Shown here: positions 38,133 through 50,800 of the stretch, one piece after another
How the letters are laid out: each line of letters opens with the position of its first letter
Numbering within the stretch: position 1 is the stretch's first letter
DNA from: Minutocellus sp. GHC0000111
Taxonomy: Eukaryota
Length of the DNA: 64,000 bases
Assembly (NCBI GenBank): GCA_977018835.1
Contig: OZ361260.1
Location: forward strand, 1,116,001 to 1,180,000
Direction of reading: 5' to 3'
Notes under the pieces: generated by a model
Told to the model about the DNA's origin: nothing
The model's database searches: none
The model's input: the letters and a program-made list of their open reading frames with translations, nothing else
Translations under genes and position numbers: made by a program

Positions 38133-39317
38133 CTACAAATTATTTATAGATCTACATGTAAGATGCAGCAGCATTGGTTTGTTTATATCACGGGTCTTCT
38201 TTGTTCTTCTATTTCTACCGGTGTTCTTTTTTGCCTCCTTGGCCTTCTTATGATCATCAGAAAGCCACACAGCGTGGAGGGACTGACGAATCTTTCCGCG
38301 CTTCACACCATATGCATAGGCAAGTTTCTTGTCAGTGAGGGCAGGGTGAGCAGTTGGTTGTTTACTCCCATCCTCATATCCCAACTTATATGCATCTAAT
38401 GCAATCTTGTCAGTAGATAATGCAATAGAGAATTCTATTGTCTTGTTATCATACAATCCGAGTTCTCTGCTTCTCCACCCTTTCGGGTAGGCACCACGAC
38501 CCTCTCTTACTTGGCGATCGACTTCGATCATGCCTAGCACTGTGGTGACCGCGACCTCGCTACCCCAACCAGGAACTTGTTTGAAGGGGAGGTAGACCCC
38601 TTTCTCTTTTCTTCTTGGTTCGGGCCTCTGACTACATGTGGGTGACTTGTAGTTCTTTATATCTTGTGGTAGTGGTGCTTCTCCGTACGTCAAAAAGCAC
38701 GCAAGCCTCCGATGTTCCTCAACCTCTCGTTCAATCTGTCGTTCGGTTGGTTCGGTTGGAGGCAAGGGCTCCAAGATGGTAGGGGATGACAATTGAAGGT
38801 TGCTGAACGACGGGCATGAGCGGCTTGGGGTAAGAGCATACTGAGTATGAACTGACATTGGACTTGTTACCATGGGCGTGGCGGAGGGAAGGTCGAATGA
38901 GCTCACAGGCTTTCTCCTCTCGCCGCTTGGCTTGGCGTCGGCGGTTGCTATGCTCATCTCTGAGAATGAATCATCTTCATCAGAATGAGATGAAACGGTA
39001 GCGGTACCGCGAAAGTCGGCACGCAATATGTCATGATGCAAGTGCTTCCTTGCTTGGGCTTGTTCGGCGGCGAAGCCATCCTCTTCGTTGTACTCGCGTC
39101 GATATTTCAACACACGAGGAGATGTGAGGTCTGACGATGCCGGTGGGACCCCTTGGTTGTCCTCCTCGTCATCGTTGTCCTTGTTCTCTCGATACCGCGG
39201 ATGTTCCGGCGTTTCGTTGGAAGTTTCCTTCTCATGGCGCGAGGGGCTGAATGCAGTCGCCTCGGCGCGTTTCGGTGGACGCGGTGGACTGAAGATGTGT
39301 CCCTTTGGAGTATCCAT
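38133..39317 (-). CDS. Uncharacterised ~394-aa passenger ORF inside the mariner element
   Basis: Open frame from ATG 39317 (MDTPKGHIFSPPRPPKR), convergent with the transposase. Disordered S/P-rich N-terminus, globular-looking C-terminal half, basic tail. Confidence 0.65.
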   Translation of the reverse strand: MDTPKGHIFSPPRPPKRAEATAFSPSRHEKETSNETPEHPRYRENKDNDDEEDNQGVPPASSDLTSPRVLKYRREYNEEDGFAAEQAQARKHLHHDILRADFRGTATVSSHSDEDDSFSEMSIATADAKPSGERRKPVSSFDLPSATPMVTSPMSVHTQYALTPSRSCPSFSNLQLSSPTILEPLPPTEPTERQIEREVEEHRRLACFLTYGEAPLPQDIKNYKSPTCSQRPEPRRKEKGVYLPFKQVPGWGSEVAVTTVLGMIEVDRQVREGRGAYPKGWRSRELGLYDNKTIEFSIALSTDKIALDAYKLGYEDGSKQPTAHPALTDKKLAYAYGVKRGKIRQSLHAVWLSDDHKKAKEAKKNTGRNRRTKKTRDINKPMLLHLTCRSINNL

Positions 39318-39788
39318 GAGTATGGAAGCTTCTTGAAGCGCCAGTCGGCAGAAGTTGCCCAGTCTATTTGTGGTAATTGCTTGGAGGTCGGTTGTTGACG
39401 GGTGTGTTTTGATTTGCTTGCTTTGCCGCGTGTTTTTCAAGGTGCGCGCAAACCGCCGTGTCGGAAAGTCCAAAGACCCAAAAACCCGGGTCCCCGAAAT
39501 TGCTGTCCCGGACCTCGTACGCAGGAAGAACGGTGAGCAGAGGCAGAACGGTGAGCAAGAAACCAATGATTGCATGGCCTGTGAGATGGGGGCAATAGAG
39601 TATTAATACTACGCTGTATACTGGGCACCACGTCGTAAATCGCTCTACTAGTATTTCCCTCGCGGATGTGAACATTTGTCCATTTTTATTTCCTCACGGC
39701 TGACCTCATTAGCATTCTGCGCCAAGACACCGCGAATTCGAGGAAGCTGAAACCAAGCACAAACGAAAACTAAACCGTGCTTTGTGAG

Positions 39789-42700
39789 ATGAGGCGCTAC
39801 TTCGGCCCTGACATCATGATGTACGTGCTCGGCGGCGCTCTTCTGCTACCTGCGCTACTTTCGGTAACATGCCCAAAAACAGGCTGCATGGCGTCGGCGG
39901 CGGCAGTTTCGGCCGAAATGAGCGGTGGCCCGACCGGCAGATCCAGTGCCTTTCTTCGGTCGCTGCAGAGCGAGCCAGTATCATCCTCCGAGCAGTGCCC
40001 TCCCTGTCCGGCCTGCGAATGCAATGCCAAGGGAGTCTTCGAGGAGGTCCCCAAAGAAACAATCGAGCCTATTACCGTCCAAATTCTCATGCTGGATAGC
40101 CAGGGAATCATCGATATGGTGGAATGGAATGCCAAGGACTACGAACGCTTCACGGGTGGTCGCGTCAAGGTGGAGATCAAGCGTGCCCCCTCCATGCCGG
40201 CATTGTTCGAAGAGATTGAAAATGACGCCAGGTCCGGCGGAGGTCTGTTCGACGCCTACTATACCAACCCAACGATTCTCGGAACGGCCGCAATGTTCGA
40301 TGGATTCATGGACCTGACCGAATATGTCAAGAGCAATCCATATGCCGATTGGACCGATGTTCTGCTGGCCTTGAGAACATATGTGACCAGCTTCGAGGAT
40401 AAGATTTATCTGGTGCTCTTGGATGGTGATACACATACGTTGTTCTATCGGAAGGATGTTCTCGAGGCATTCGGATTGGATGTTCCAAGGACTTGGAACG
40501 AGTACAACGAAGTTGCCAAGGCCGTGCACGGAAAGATGTGTGAGTACTGCCATGAAATAATGGCAACAAAACTTACTTACATGTATGCGCGCGCACTATA
40601 TCTTGCTCACAATTACTTCATTCCCATTTACTTTCATCACATGTATTTCAGTCAATGGAATCAAGCTTCATGGGTCCTGTGCGAGTCGCATCCAGGGCGA
40701 CCATGCAACTTATTGGACGCATCTCGTATTGTCGTCCATCACCCAGACCGGAGGAACGTCCACTGGCTCTCTCTTTGATACCAAGGATATGACTCCACTC
40801 ACCGGCGAGGCTGTCGCTGAAATGCTCCGTCTGCACGAGGAGCAGGCCAAGTACGGTGTCCCAGATGAGTTTATCAATGCCGTCAATGCGGTCCAGAACG
40901 GCCACATGAATGCCGGTGATTGTGTTTTGACATATATGTGGGGCGATATGTTCCGGAGATCCAAATCTGTCGTCACAGAAGGAACATACGATAGCGACTT
41001 CCTCCCGAAAAACGAGGAAGGGTTTACCATCCACTCCAAGCTGGGCGTCGCCCCAACGCCTGGTAGTGAGATGGTTCTGAATCGAGAAACGGGCAAGCTA
41101 GAGAAGTGCACCAAGCTGCTTTGTCCCTATGCCAAGTATTACGATGATATCGGCTTCGTCAATTCAGCCCCCTACGCAGCTAACGGTGGATGGGGAGGAG
41201 CCATTAGTGCCAATGCACCTCCCGAGAAGCAGAAGGCTCTGGCCGATTTCTTCCTATGGGCAGCGAGCCGAGATCAGTCCGACCAGTATGTTATTCCTAA
41301 CGCCACTCTGCCCATCACCGAGATCAATGGGCAAGATCCATTCCGGAAATCTCACCTCGACGTAGACAAGTGGGTGGCTCAGGGATTCGATCGGGAATTT
41401 TCCAAACAATACGTTGAGTCAATTTTGTCCAACCTCATCAGCAAAAATGTTGTCGTGGAGGCCCGATTCCCCAAGGCCGGCGAAATCATGAGCGTCCTGG
41501 ATAAAGAGGTTCATGAATACCTTGTCCGGGCTAGGAATGCCTTTACTGTGGAGACTGACGAAGACATAAAACACAAGGAGCGGATGAAAGTCGCACAGCG
41601 CATTACCGACCAATGGAACCAGATCATTCGTGCGTATGATTCGAGGGGTGATACCTCAGTGAAAATCCTCGAGATCTACCAGAGGCTGAGAGGCGTTTTT
41701 GTTCCCAACGAGTCCAAGAATCAACTCACCAGCATCCGTCCTTTCGGCTATGCATTGCTGGCAATCATTATCACTTCGGCGTTGGCGGCGTCTACTTGGG
41801 TCTTTGTAAAACGGGATTCCAAGGTTGTCAAGGCATCTCAGCCCGAGTTTTTATCTTTGATTTGTTTTGGCGCAATCATTATGGGTTTGGCAATCATTCC
41901 AATGAGCATTGATGATTCGATTGCTTCACAGCGCGGTTGCGACATCGCCTGTTTGTCCACGCCATGGCTTCTTGCAGTGGGATTCTGCGTCATGTTCAGT
42001 CTTCTTGATGCCAAAATTATGAGAGTCAACAAGTTGATGAAGTCAGCCAAGAGATTCCGTCGTGTTACAGTCGAGGCAAAGGACGTGCTTCTTCCTTTTG
42101 TTACCATGTTTTCGCTCAATGTGGTATTCCTTTCCGTTGCAACTGCTGTTGATCCTCTCAACTGGGAAAGAGTAGAGCAAGGTCGCGATGGGGAAGGAAA
42201 TCTTGAATCCTACGGTCGCTGTACTTCAAATGGCAAAATATCCACCGTCATGCTGGGTTTGGTCGTTGCGTTCAATGCCATTGCCCTTATTTTGGCCTGT
42301 TTTCAAGCTTACAAGGGACGCAAGATTGATGTGGCGTACTCGGAGTCTACATATGTTGCATTCTCTGTTGCATGCATTCTTCAGGCGGCAATCATCGGCG
42401 TACCACTCATTTTTCTGTCCAATGCTAACCCAACAGCTTCGTATGTGGTCCGAAGTCTCTTGGTGTTTGTGGTTTGCATGTCGGTCCTATGCTTTATTTT
42501 TATTCCCAAGATGACAAAGACATTTTCGAGCAAGACTGATGATACGCGCTTTAGCATCGGTCAATTGAGCGTCGGCAGCACTGCCGGTAGGTTGGGAGGT
42601 AAATCCTCGTCGAAAGCATTGATAAGGGGCGGAAGCGCGAGTAGCAGGTCCAAGGGGGAAGCATCTGAGGATGCACCAAAGAGACGGCAATCTTCTTCGG

Positions 42701-42852
42701 TTCGATTTTCGATTGGTTCATGCGACTCGGAGGCTATTGCCAATGATGAGGCCGGAGATAATACGCAAGAGGATCCGCAGGCCAAGGAGATGGTCGAGGA
42801 AGCTGCCCTGAGCAATGTCTCGATGCGATCGCTCACAGATGGGAATTTTTGA
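39789..42852 (+). CDS. Class C (GABA-B-like) 7TM receptor with periplasmic solute-binding-type ectodomain
   Basis: Exons 39789-40539 and 40652-42852 (HGKM-F-NGIKL). Signal peptide; sugar-SBP-like motifs DGDTHTLFYRKDVLEAFGLDVPRTWNEY; 7TM_3 hallmarks KVVKASQPEFL, C...PWLLAVGF, AKIMRV, SESTYV, IFIPK. Confidence 0.9.
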
Positions 42853-43255
42853 TACATACATGTAAGCATCTAACAAATTTGTGCATATAGTCCAATTAGA
42901 TAGGTGTCTAGTAGAGTTAGCAGATCTTGGCGATTTTAAGACCTCGTCTACCGGTAAGCCAAGTGTTAAATATTTGACGTTTCTCTCATCATTCAATACC
43001 GCCCTACAAGATGCACGGAGAGAATTATCTAGGAACGATAGGTCCTCCTCTTTCACAATGGGCTGTTTGAGGAGGGCTTCGCGACAGATTTCAAGAGCAT
43101 CAGACTTTTCAGAATTCTTGAAGCGTGAGCCCAATTCGAGAGGAACAATCATTGAGGATGCCGCATATACCAACTTTTTTAATGTCAGTTTTCTTGACAT
43201 TGAAACCCGCTATTTCTGCGAAGGTATTGTCCACGGCTCGAACAATTAATGCCTT

Positions 43256-44013
43256 TCACAGCAGTCTGATCGCGGCCATCATTGCGCTGGAATCATTGCT
43301 GCTGTCAATATCAATGCTACTAGCACCGTCTTCACCACCAAACAGCATGTCGGCGTAAACGACGGCCCCTTCCCACTTCTTACTTTCGGCAAAGCACCGC
43401 AGTGCAATGCGAGCCATATCCCGATTGATATCAACATTTTTCGGCGTCAGCATCCTTACTGGTAGTATCAAGTAGAGCCACGAGAAGTGGCTCCGCCTCA
43501 TCGTACCGTCCCGCGGCCGCGAAGGATCGGACCGCCAAGCTCCGTGCCACATCACCAATATCCCCTAGCCCGTCGTGATCGGCACCCCTGAGCAGCTTGC
43601 GCACCGCCTTGGCCACCCCGGCCTTCTTCTTCGTCTTCATTTTGTCCCCGTTATTGACAATGTCTTGCAATTCCAGCTCCAGTTCGGCACGCACCTTGCG
43701 CAGCCGCAGCTCCTCCCCGGCCGCGGCGCGGGCCTTTTCGTCCCCCCTCTGCTTCTTGTTGGGTGACGCAAACAGCGGCACCAGTGATAATGGGCTTTCC
43801 CTGCTGCTTCTTCTTACTCTAACTCTAGGTGGCACCATCGATGGAAGCCTGCCGTGCGAGCTTCCACGATGGTGATGCTGTCGAAGCGCCGGGACGAACG
43901 CAAACACGCCAGCAGGCAGGACACCGACGATCCCCCGGTCGGTGCCTTGCTTGCTGCAGTTTACGAGTAGGCACATCGATAGTGCGACGAGGCAGGCATT
44001 GGATTGTCTCCAT
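43256..44013 (-). pseudogene. Truncated, frameshifted PPR-like helical-repeat gene with a plastid-presequence-like N-terminus
   Basis: GVFAFVPALR presequence-like motif; PPR-like units RSLAVRSFAAAGRYDEAEPLL and RIALRCFAESKKWEGAVVYAD joined by removing one base from a T5 run near 43440. Ends abruptly at 43256 against AT-richer sequence. Confidence 0.5.
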
Positions 44014-44869
44014 GTCGTCAAGATCATGGTGGGGAAAGTACTGATCGCGTGGCCGTGTGTGATAGCGGAGTGACCGCCATACCCACATGACATGGAGCAG
44101 GAAGTGGATGAGTGCGAAAATCGTCGTCGGCGGCGTTGCTTCTTACTATGATCTGCAGACCGACGACGGCCAGGACGCTCAACTTGCGAGGCAAGCAGAT
44201 AAGATCGATGCATCCTGTGCGTCATGCTGGCGAGTGTGATTTCTTCACCAGATGCAGTCAAATGACGCATTCAGGGCCATGCATACACCATAGGAACCTA
44301 TGGTAGCTCCATGCCACGTTTGCCGCACCTGGCAAAGTGGCTGTATAAACAATTGGAAATAGTGTATTTCACTGGCAAGGGTCGTCCGAGACATTGGCCC
44401 TGCAAGACTATGATGCGTAGTCGGAAACACACCATCCCGGCCCATGTCGAGATCGGGCCGCTCATTCACCTGCCGACAACGGCCCCACAAAGCACCATCC
44501 CTTTCCGTTGGAATTAAATGTCCCTTTTTCGTGTGCCAATCCCGGGCCAATCAATAAGGCATGCATCAATATGTGTACGTGTTCATCCATTTTGTTTGCT
44601 CCCAGACATGACAAAGTCCCACGCAACAGCAAATTTGCTTTTTCAGTCGCAGCATAGTAGCCGACAATCCGTGAAAGCGACCCAGCTGGTCCAAGTCGGC
44701 TCAGAAGAAAAGACAAGGCAACCTTCGTCGTTCATTTTTCTACACACGTGCTGTCCCCAACATACAAATACAGCAACCCAGCTGTATATTTGATTTGAGA
44801 CAGACTCTTTTCTGCCCAGCCAAAACATTGCATACCACGCGCCACATATCCCTTGCCCAATCTTTTTCG

Positions 44870-47800
44870 ATGACCCCTGCCATCGCCGCCGCTTTCCGTC
44901 TGGTGTCGGTGCTTCTCCTGCTGCCGCTGTCCGCCGTCGCCCTCGACGACGTGTCCGTCCGCTCCTTTCTCGGCCCGACCTTTAGTGGTTGTATCGGTGC
45001 TGCTCTCACTGGTACGAGCACTAGTATCGGTGCTGCTGCCTCCTCGGCTCGTTGCGTCGTCCCTGCCATGTCCTCGTCTGACGGTACTACTACTGGTGGT
45101 ACTCTCGTCGCCGGGGATGCTCCCGCCCATCGTCCCGATTTCTTCCGTCTTCTTCTCGACCATCCTGCTGCGGCCATCTCTGGGTTCGTCCAACCCAGCG
45201 CCACATGTGCATCTGATCATGAGGTCGGACCCGAGCAGCCTCGAGGAGGAGGAAATGTGAACCCCGTCGCCTTTCGTCCCTCTGCCGATGTCTGCCATGA
45301 GACCGAGGCTGCCGACCAGTGCTGCTGCATCGAGGCCGTCCTTGTCGATGAAGCCGGTGCCGATTGTACTTGTGCTCCGCTCGAGGCCACCGACGTCGGC
45401 GGTAGTACCGGAGGAGGCGGAGAGCGTCCTTCTGTTCCTCTGCGGACGGTCTTGGCCCGGCTCGTTTCTCATCTGCCCGGTCGTGGCATCATTCGGAGCA
45501 TTTTCGAGGCTGTTGTTGGACAGGATCTACCAAGCACTTTCGAAACCAATGTGGTAAGCACTGAATGGATTATAATATATATCATGCAGCCATGCACGCC
45601 CCGCCCGGTGTGTTTGCTGAACTACTTGTACTGGTAGAGGGGACACGAACTGCCATCACCAACATGTATTATGCATTTCATATTATTCTGCGATTTTATT
45701 TGTTTCTACGTCAATTAGTATATATGTTAGTCCCAAAATGCGCACTGTCCCAGTTCGCGAACTGGGATTCATTTATCCCAGTTTGCGCACTGGGCCCCAG
45801 TTCCCAAACTAGGATCTCAGTTTGCGCACTGATACTACCAGAATGGAAACTGAGATAAACACGCCAATCCGAATTTGGGAACCAGACGAGTTCGCGAACT
45901 GGAACAAAAATGAATACCAGTTTGGAAACTGGCATTCTCGGCAAGTGTCAGAATGGTAACTGCCGGTGTTGGCTCATGCACAATGATTATGGTAGATCTA
46001 TCTACAATACAAGTTGCACTGTGCATCATATCTTGAATTTGCAAGCTACATGTACTGGTACAGTAGCAACATGATGCCGGCATAGCACAGATGCATGTAC
46101 AGTTCATGACTTATATTTGCCAGAAGCAGCTAGCTAGATATTATTATTTATTCACTATATGTATTTAGTATCAGCTAATGCCAATTTATTGAGTATCAGC
46201 TCCGGCACTAATGTCGTCTGGACGTCTGGACCAGGTTTGGGCTGTGTTGCTTCACTATGAAAAAATGAAGCGAGGAGAAGCAAAGGCGATATCATCCATG
46301 CTAAATATTCATTATTTCTCGATTGATCCCAGTTTGCAAACTGAGATTGTGCCTATGATCCCAGTTTCCAAACTGGGATAAATAAATCCTAGTTCGCAAA
46401 CTGGGATCCCAGTTCGCGAACTGGGACAGTGCGCATTTTGGGACTAACATATACATAATCGTTTATTATTCGTCGTTACAATCTACTCTCTGGAACTCCC
46501 ACCATGCAGTTTGATCAGGTTGTCCTGCGTCCCAACATGAGCGGCCCATCCTTGGATGGGAAGCAGGAAGCATTGGAAGCATTTGCTGTCGCTGTTGCCG
46601 GTGCGACGGACTTGGCCTCTCAGCCGCAGTGTCCCGATGGTACTGGGTTGCTCACGGGCAAGGTCCATCGCACCCTCGACGTTGACGTTTGCTACGCTCT
46701 CGACGTTGACGTCTGCCACGACGCCGTCCGCACCACCGACGATTGCTCTATCGGCGTCGTCCACAACAACAAAGCTGGCACCGGCTCTGTCTCCGACCAT
46801 GCAGATCACTCCGTCCCTCCCCTCTCCGCCGCATTTGGCCTTCTCGGCACTCACCTCCATGAAGGTGCGATAGATAATCTCGCCGCCGGCGCTACCTTCA
46901 ATCACGACGCCAGTGGCAAGACCGGTGTCCCCTCTGCTGCTGCTCCTCCCAATGATTGCAAGATCGTTGAAGACAGCTCGATCAGTGCCGACGTTGGACT
47001 AGATACGCCGTGGCTCCTCTCGGTCCTACATGTACTCCTGCTCGGTATCGGGATGGTATGCATCATCCACCTTCACAGGTCTGTGCTCAGTCGACTTGGG
47101 AAGGTATCGGCTAGAAAGCTGGCAACTGTTCCGTCGACAAGCCGATTCGTCTACCGCATCCAGTCCCAGAGACTGGTCATTATGACACTTTTTTTCACTA
47201 CATCGTGTTCTGGTGTGGACCCCTTGGCGGCTTCCAGCGACATATCTGCCATTATCGACCGGGTAGATTCCACTGGTGGCGCCGATATCTCGTCCGACCT
47301 AACAATTTCACATACGCCCAAAGGTGGACTTCGTGCCAACACGAGAGGGTCTACGTTGTGGACTTTGTCCGGCGGTACGTCGCTCGACCATAGAAAGACA
47401 AACGACGCGGTTTCTCAACTCCAGCGGCTAGACCAGGCCAGACTCAATATTGACCAAAATCTAAACGAAATGAACGTACTTCTCCGTGGCGACTCTTCGG
47501 TACTTTCTTCGTTGGCGGTTTCTATTGGAGCTCAAGAGCAAGATCTACGCAATGTTATTGAGTACATGAGAGATCATCAAGGTCTATCCGAGCTTATTGG
47601 GGGTCTCAATTCCATGGTGCAGGATGAGCTTCAGCCAATGCTCACCGATGTGTATCAAATTATTCTAGAGAAGGCACCGGAGTCCCAAAGGCAGCTCAAA
47701 AGTATATTTGACCATAACACTGCCGAGGACGACCGAGGTGGATTTCGCGGAAGCCATGATTCATTTTCCTCTGGATCCTCTGCCAACGACGAGGACACTC

Positions 47801-50800
47801 CCTCTTTCTCAGCTGGCAATGGCTATGCTTCGTCGCTGAAGAATCCCAAACGTATGAAGAAGCTAATAAAGGACATGCTCTCAAAAAACAGGGTGGAAGA
47901 TCCTAGTATGTCGTCATTTTATGGAGCCATGTTTGGCACGCGCCATCGTCACCGCGGCCGTACTAGGCGTGGTGGCAAAAGTATCAAACGTCGCCTGCAG
48001 ACATCCAACTCGATTGATACTTGCGATGAAAGGTGCAATCAAGACAGCGACGTCGAGAGAAAGAAATGTAATTGTGAAGAGCTTATTGAATGCGTCAAAA
48101 AGCTCAGAGTCACTGACCTGGCAGTTCTCTTCTCGAAAGGACTTGTTGATTCAGACACCGGTACGATCGATGTGTTTGTAGATGAGTACGATAGCAATAA
48201 ACGCACGATCGAAAGGAAGAAAAACCCAGCTCTAGAAGACTTATTCGATGCTGATCACCTTTTGGAAAAGGACGATAAGATAAAGTCGCTCGCTGGCCAG
48301 GGGATTGGAACGTGTGACGAATTACTTGACCAGTTCCACATCCCTTGTAGCGCAAGCGAGAATAGCTGTTCTGATTCCAATGAACGCTCGTATCGATTGG
48401 TGAGTGAGGCATGCAACCCTTGATTTCACTTAACCATTCCTGACTCTTCTTATACATTCTGATGTTGTACTTACAAACTTACATTCTATATTATTTCTGA
48501 TTAAATCCTTTTTGATGAAGACTATTGACGAAATTTGCGATGCAATTGACAGTTCTGAACTTATCACTTTCAAGTCCATGTCCGAGGCATTTGACAATGA
48601 AACATCGAGTGTAGATTCCTGCGATCCGAACACATACATGCCGTCACAAAGTGAACTTATCAACGCGACAAGAGATGCTGCAGTAGAAGCTGCCCACTTC
48701 AATAGTATAGGTGTTCCGGGTTACATCGAAGCCGGCGACGTATCAAGGTTTGTCCAGGCAGACATTGATTGGATGGGGCAACATGTCGATAAATTGCAAA
48801 GCAAGGTAAAGACCTTCATCGAAAGTTCTATTCGCGGGCTTTTCAGTGAATTTGTAGTCAATTGTTTAAAAGACGAAAGAGACTGTGTTCCACCTGACAC
48901 TAGTGGCGGTTGGGAGCGGTTTATTCCCATGAAAAAAGTTACAGACGGCAACGACAGCGTGCGTGGTAGGTGGATATACTTTGATTGCGCCTATCTGTTT
49001 AAGGAGGGAAAATTTTACTTGAAATATTTCATTGGGTTGGCGGATTGTTCACAAAATCCATGCGAAACCAATCTAAAGTTGAATCGTATGTTGTATCGGT
49101 ATAAAGGATCGGATTTAAGTGATCCGGGTGATCCGGATGCGGTCAAATCATTGAACTTTACAAAGGACGGCACCAACAACTTCTATGATGTCATGAAGAA
49201 TGGCGTCGAAACGAAAATTGGAACTGCAGTGAAGGGCCCTATCGAAGAATGCTACAGGAATGAGTGTGGACTGGATAATAAGGTACGTTCGTAGTGGGGA
49301 GAAATGGGGAGCATTCAATCCTGCTTTTGCATATCGACCTATTGTTCCTTTCTCATAAAAGCTCGACACACTCGATTACGTTTGCGTCGGTTCTAATTTT
49401 TTATGTGATATGGATTCATTTTCCTCCTCTTTTTCATGTCAGGTCGGCCTCAAAAGTTGCCAAGAAATGATTGACTGTGCTGATACGATATGGATGGCCG
49501 GCGAGTCTTATCAAAACAAATCTCCCAACCCCTACGCTTTCACACCAAGCTCCAAGCAAGGCCTGACCGATATCAACCCTGTCAAAGATGCCCGTTGGGA
49601 CGACGTCAATTCCGGAAACAAATGGTACGTCTGATTCTGAACTGCCCGTTTTGATCTGTCATTGAGACGTTTGGACTTTTGTAGAGGGCTGCCTTCTCTA
49701 ACCAGTATTATGTTTTGCCCAACCTCCTCTTATCTTCTCAAAGGAATGCTTTGAACTGGCCCAATAAATGGAATTATGGCGTAGATCAACATGGGCACAT
49801 CGACTTTCCAGACCCTAGCCCAAAAAGTGCCCTCCTGCACCGGACCGATAGCTCAAGCGATTCAAGTGACGTCCTTTTACCAGTAGAATACACATTGAAA
49901 AGTGCTTCAGGCAACAATTTTACCGATACATTCAAGTTCAACGTCAAGAAGCCACAGGTTTGCGCCCTTGATGTCCAGGAAGATACTCGATGCGACGATG
50001 CAAGGACTCTTCTCTTTGGCAACAAAACTTCAGTGGGTCAGATATGTTCAATTGCAGATACCGTGATTGACATTGGTAAGGGTCAGGAACTACAGAACAT
50101 TGGCGGGGGTCTCTGTTTGGACGTTGATGTGAACCAATTAAAGGCAGATGGGGCTACTGTTCAGGCTTGGTCTTGCAACGGAGCGCCTCAACAGCAATGG
50201 GCGTTAGATGCAAATGGTGCGCTTAGGAACGGAGGCGGTCTCTGTTTGGATGTTGACATGAGCTCGGGTCCCAGCGCAATAAGGACCAATGGAATTAATG
50301 TTCAGATTTGGTCCTGCAATGATGCACTCCAGCAAGCATGGAAGTTCAACACCAACGGGGACAAGCTCCTTCCCGACAACATGCCGGGTACATGTTGCCT
50401 TGATAATGTCAAAACTCTCCAGAATTTTGGTGATCAGGTGAGGTATTCTTAATATATTGGCTGGTATCTCAAACAACGCTGCAACACATTCGTGACCTCA
50501 CATATGTTTACATATCTATCTTTCGTCAAATCTCTCATTCAGTACACATGTGATCAAGTCTGCCAAAGCCTTGGGCCTTACACTCTGGGCATGTCAGAAG
50601 AGGCTTGTGATCAAGTCGCCGGTACTTGGTGTCGTCGACCCTGTGCCAAATTGAAAGAATGTATTGAAAAGAAACCGTCGCGAGGATATTGCCAACTCAT
50701 GTCTAAGTACACCATTACCGCGGACCAGTTCTCATTCGTCTCTGTCCCTTTGAATTGTTCTGATGATTCCATGAATGACTCTATTGCTATGTCAGCTACT

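Larger units (their letters stand above)
36025..39517 (+). mobile_element. Tc1/mariner-superfamily DNA transposon (~3.5 kb), non-autonomous, with passenger ORF
   Basis: Imperfect ~47-bp TIRs (left CGAGGTCGCGGACAGCAGTTTCAGGGACCCGGTTTTCGGGTCTTTGG; right, reverse-complemented, CGAGGTCCGGGACAGCAATTTCGGGGACCCGGGTTTTTGGGTCTTTGG), each flanked by TA (36023-24, 39518-19). Internal transposase remnant. Confidence 0.9.

Noticed and set aside
38133..39575. 480-aa version of the passenger ORF
   Set aside because: Its first ~86 codons run through the TIR and outside flank; the plausible start is ATG 39317.
42718..43250. Minus-strand ORF in an AT-richer patch between the GPCR and the PPR-like remnant
   Set aside because: May be a gene fragment, but no family could be assigned and it overlaps the GPCR 3' end antisense.
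45745..46430. Palindromic repeats as a CRISPR array or bacterial REP cluster
   Set aside because: Irregular very short spacing, nested within TIRs in a spliceosomal intron, no cas genes; better explained as a MITE.
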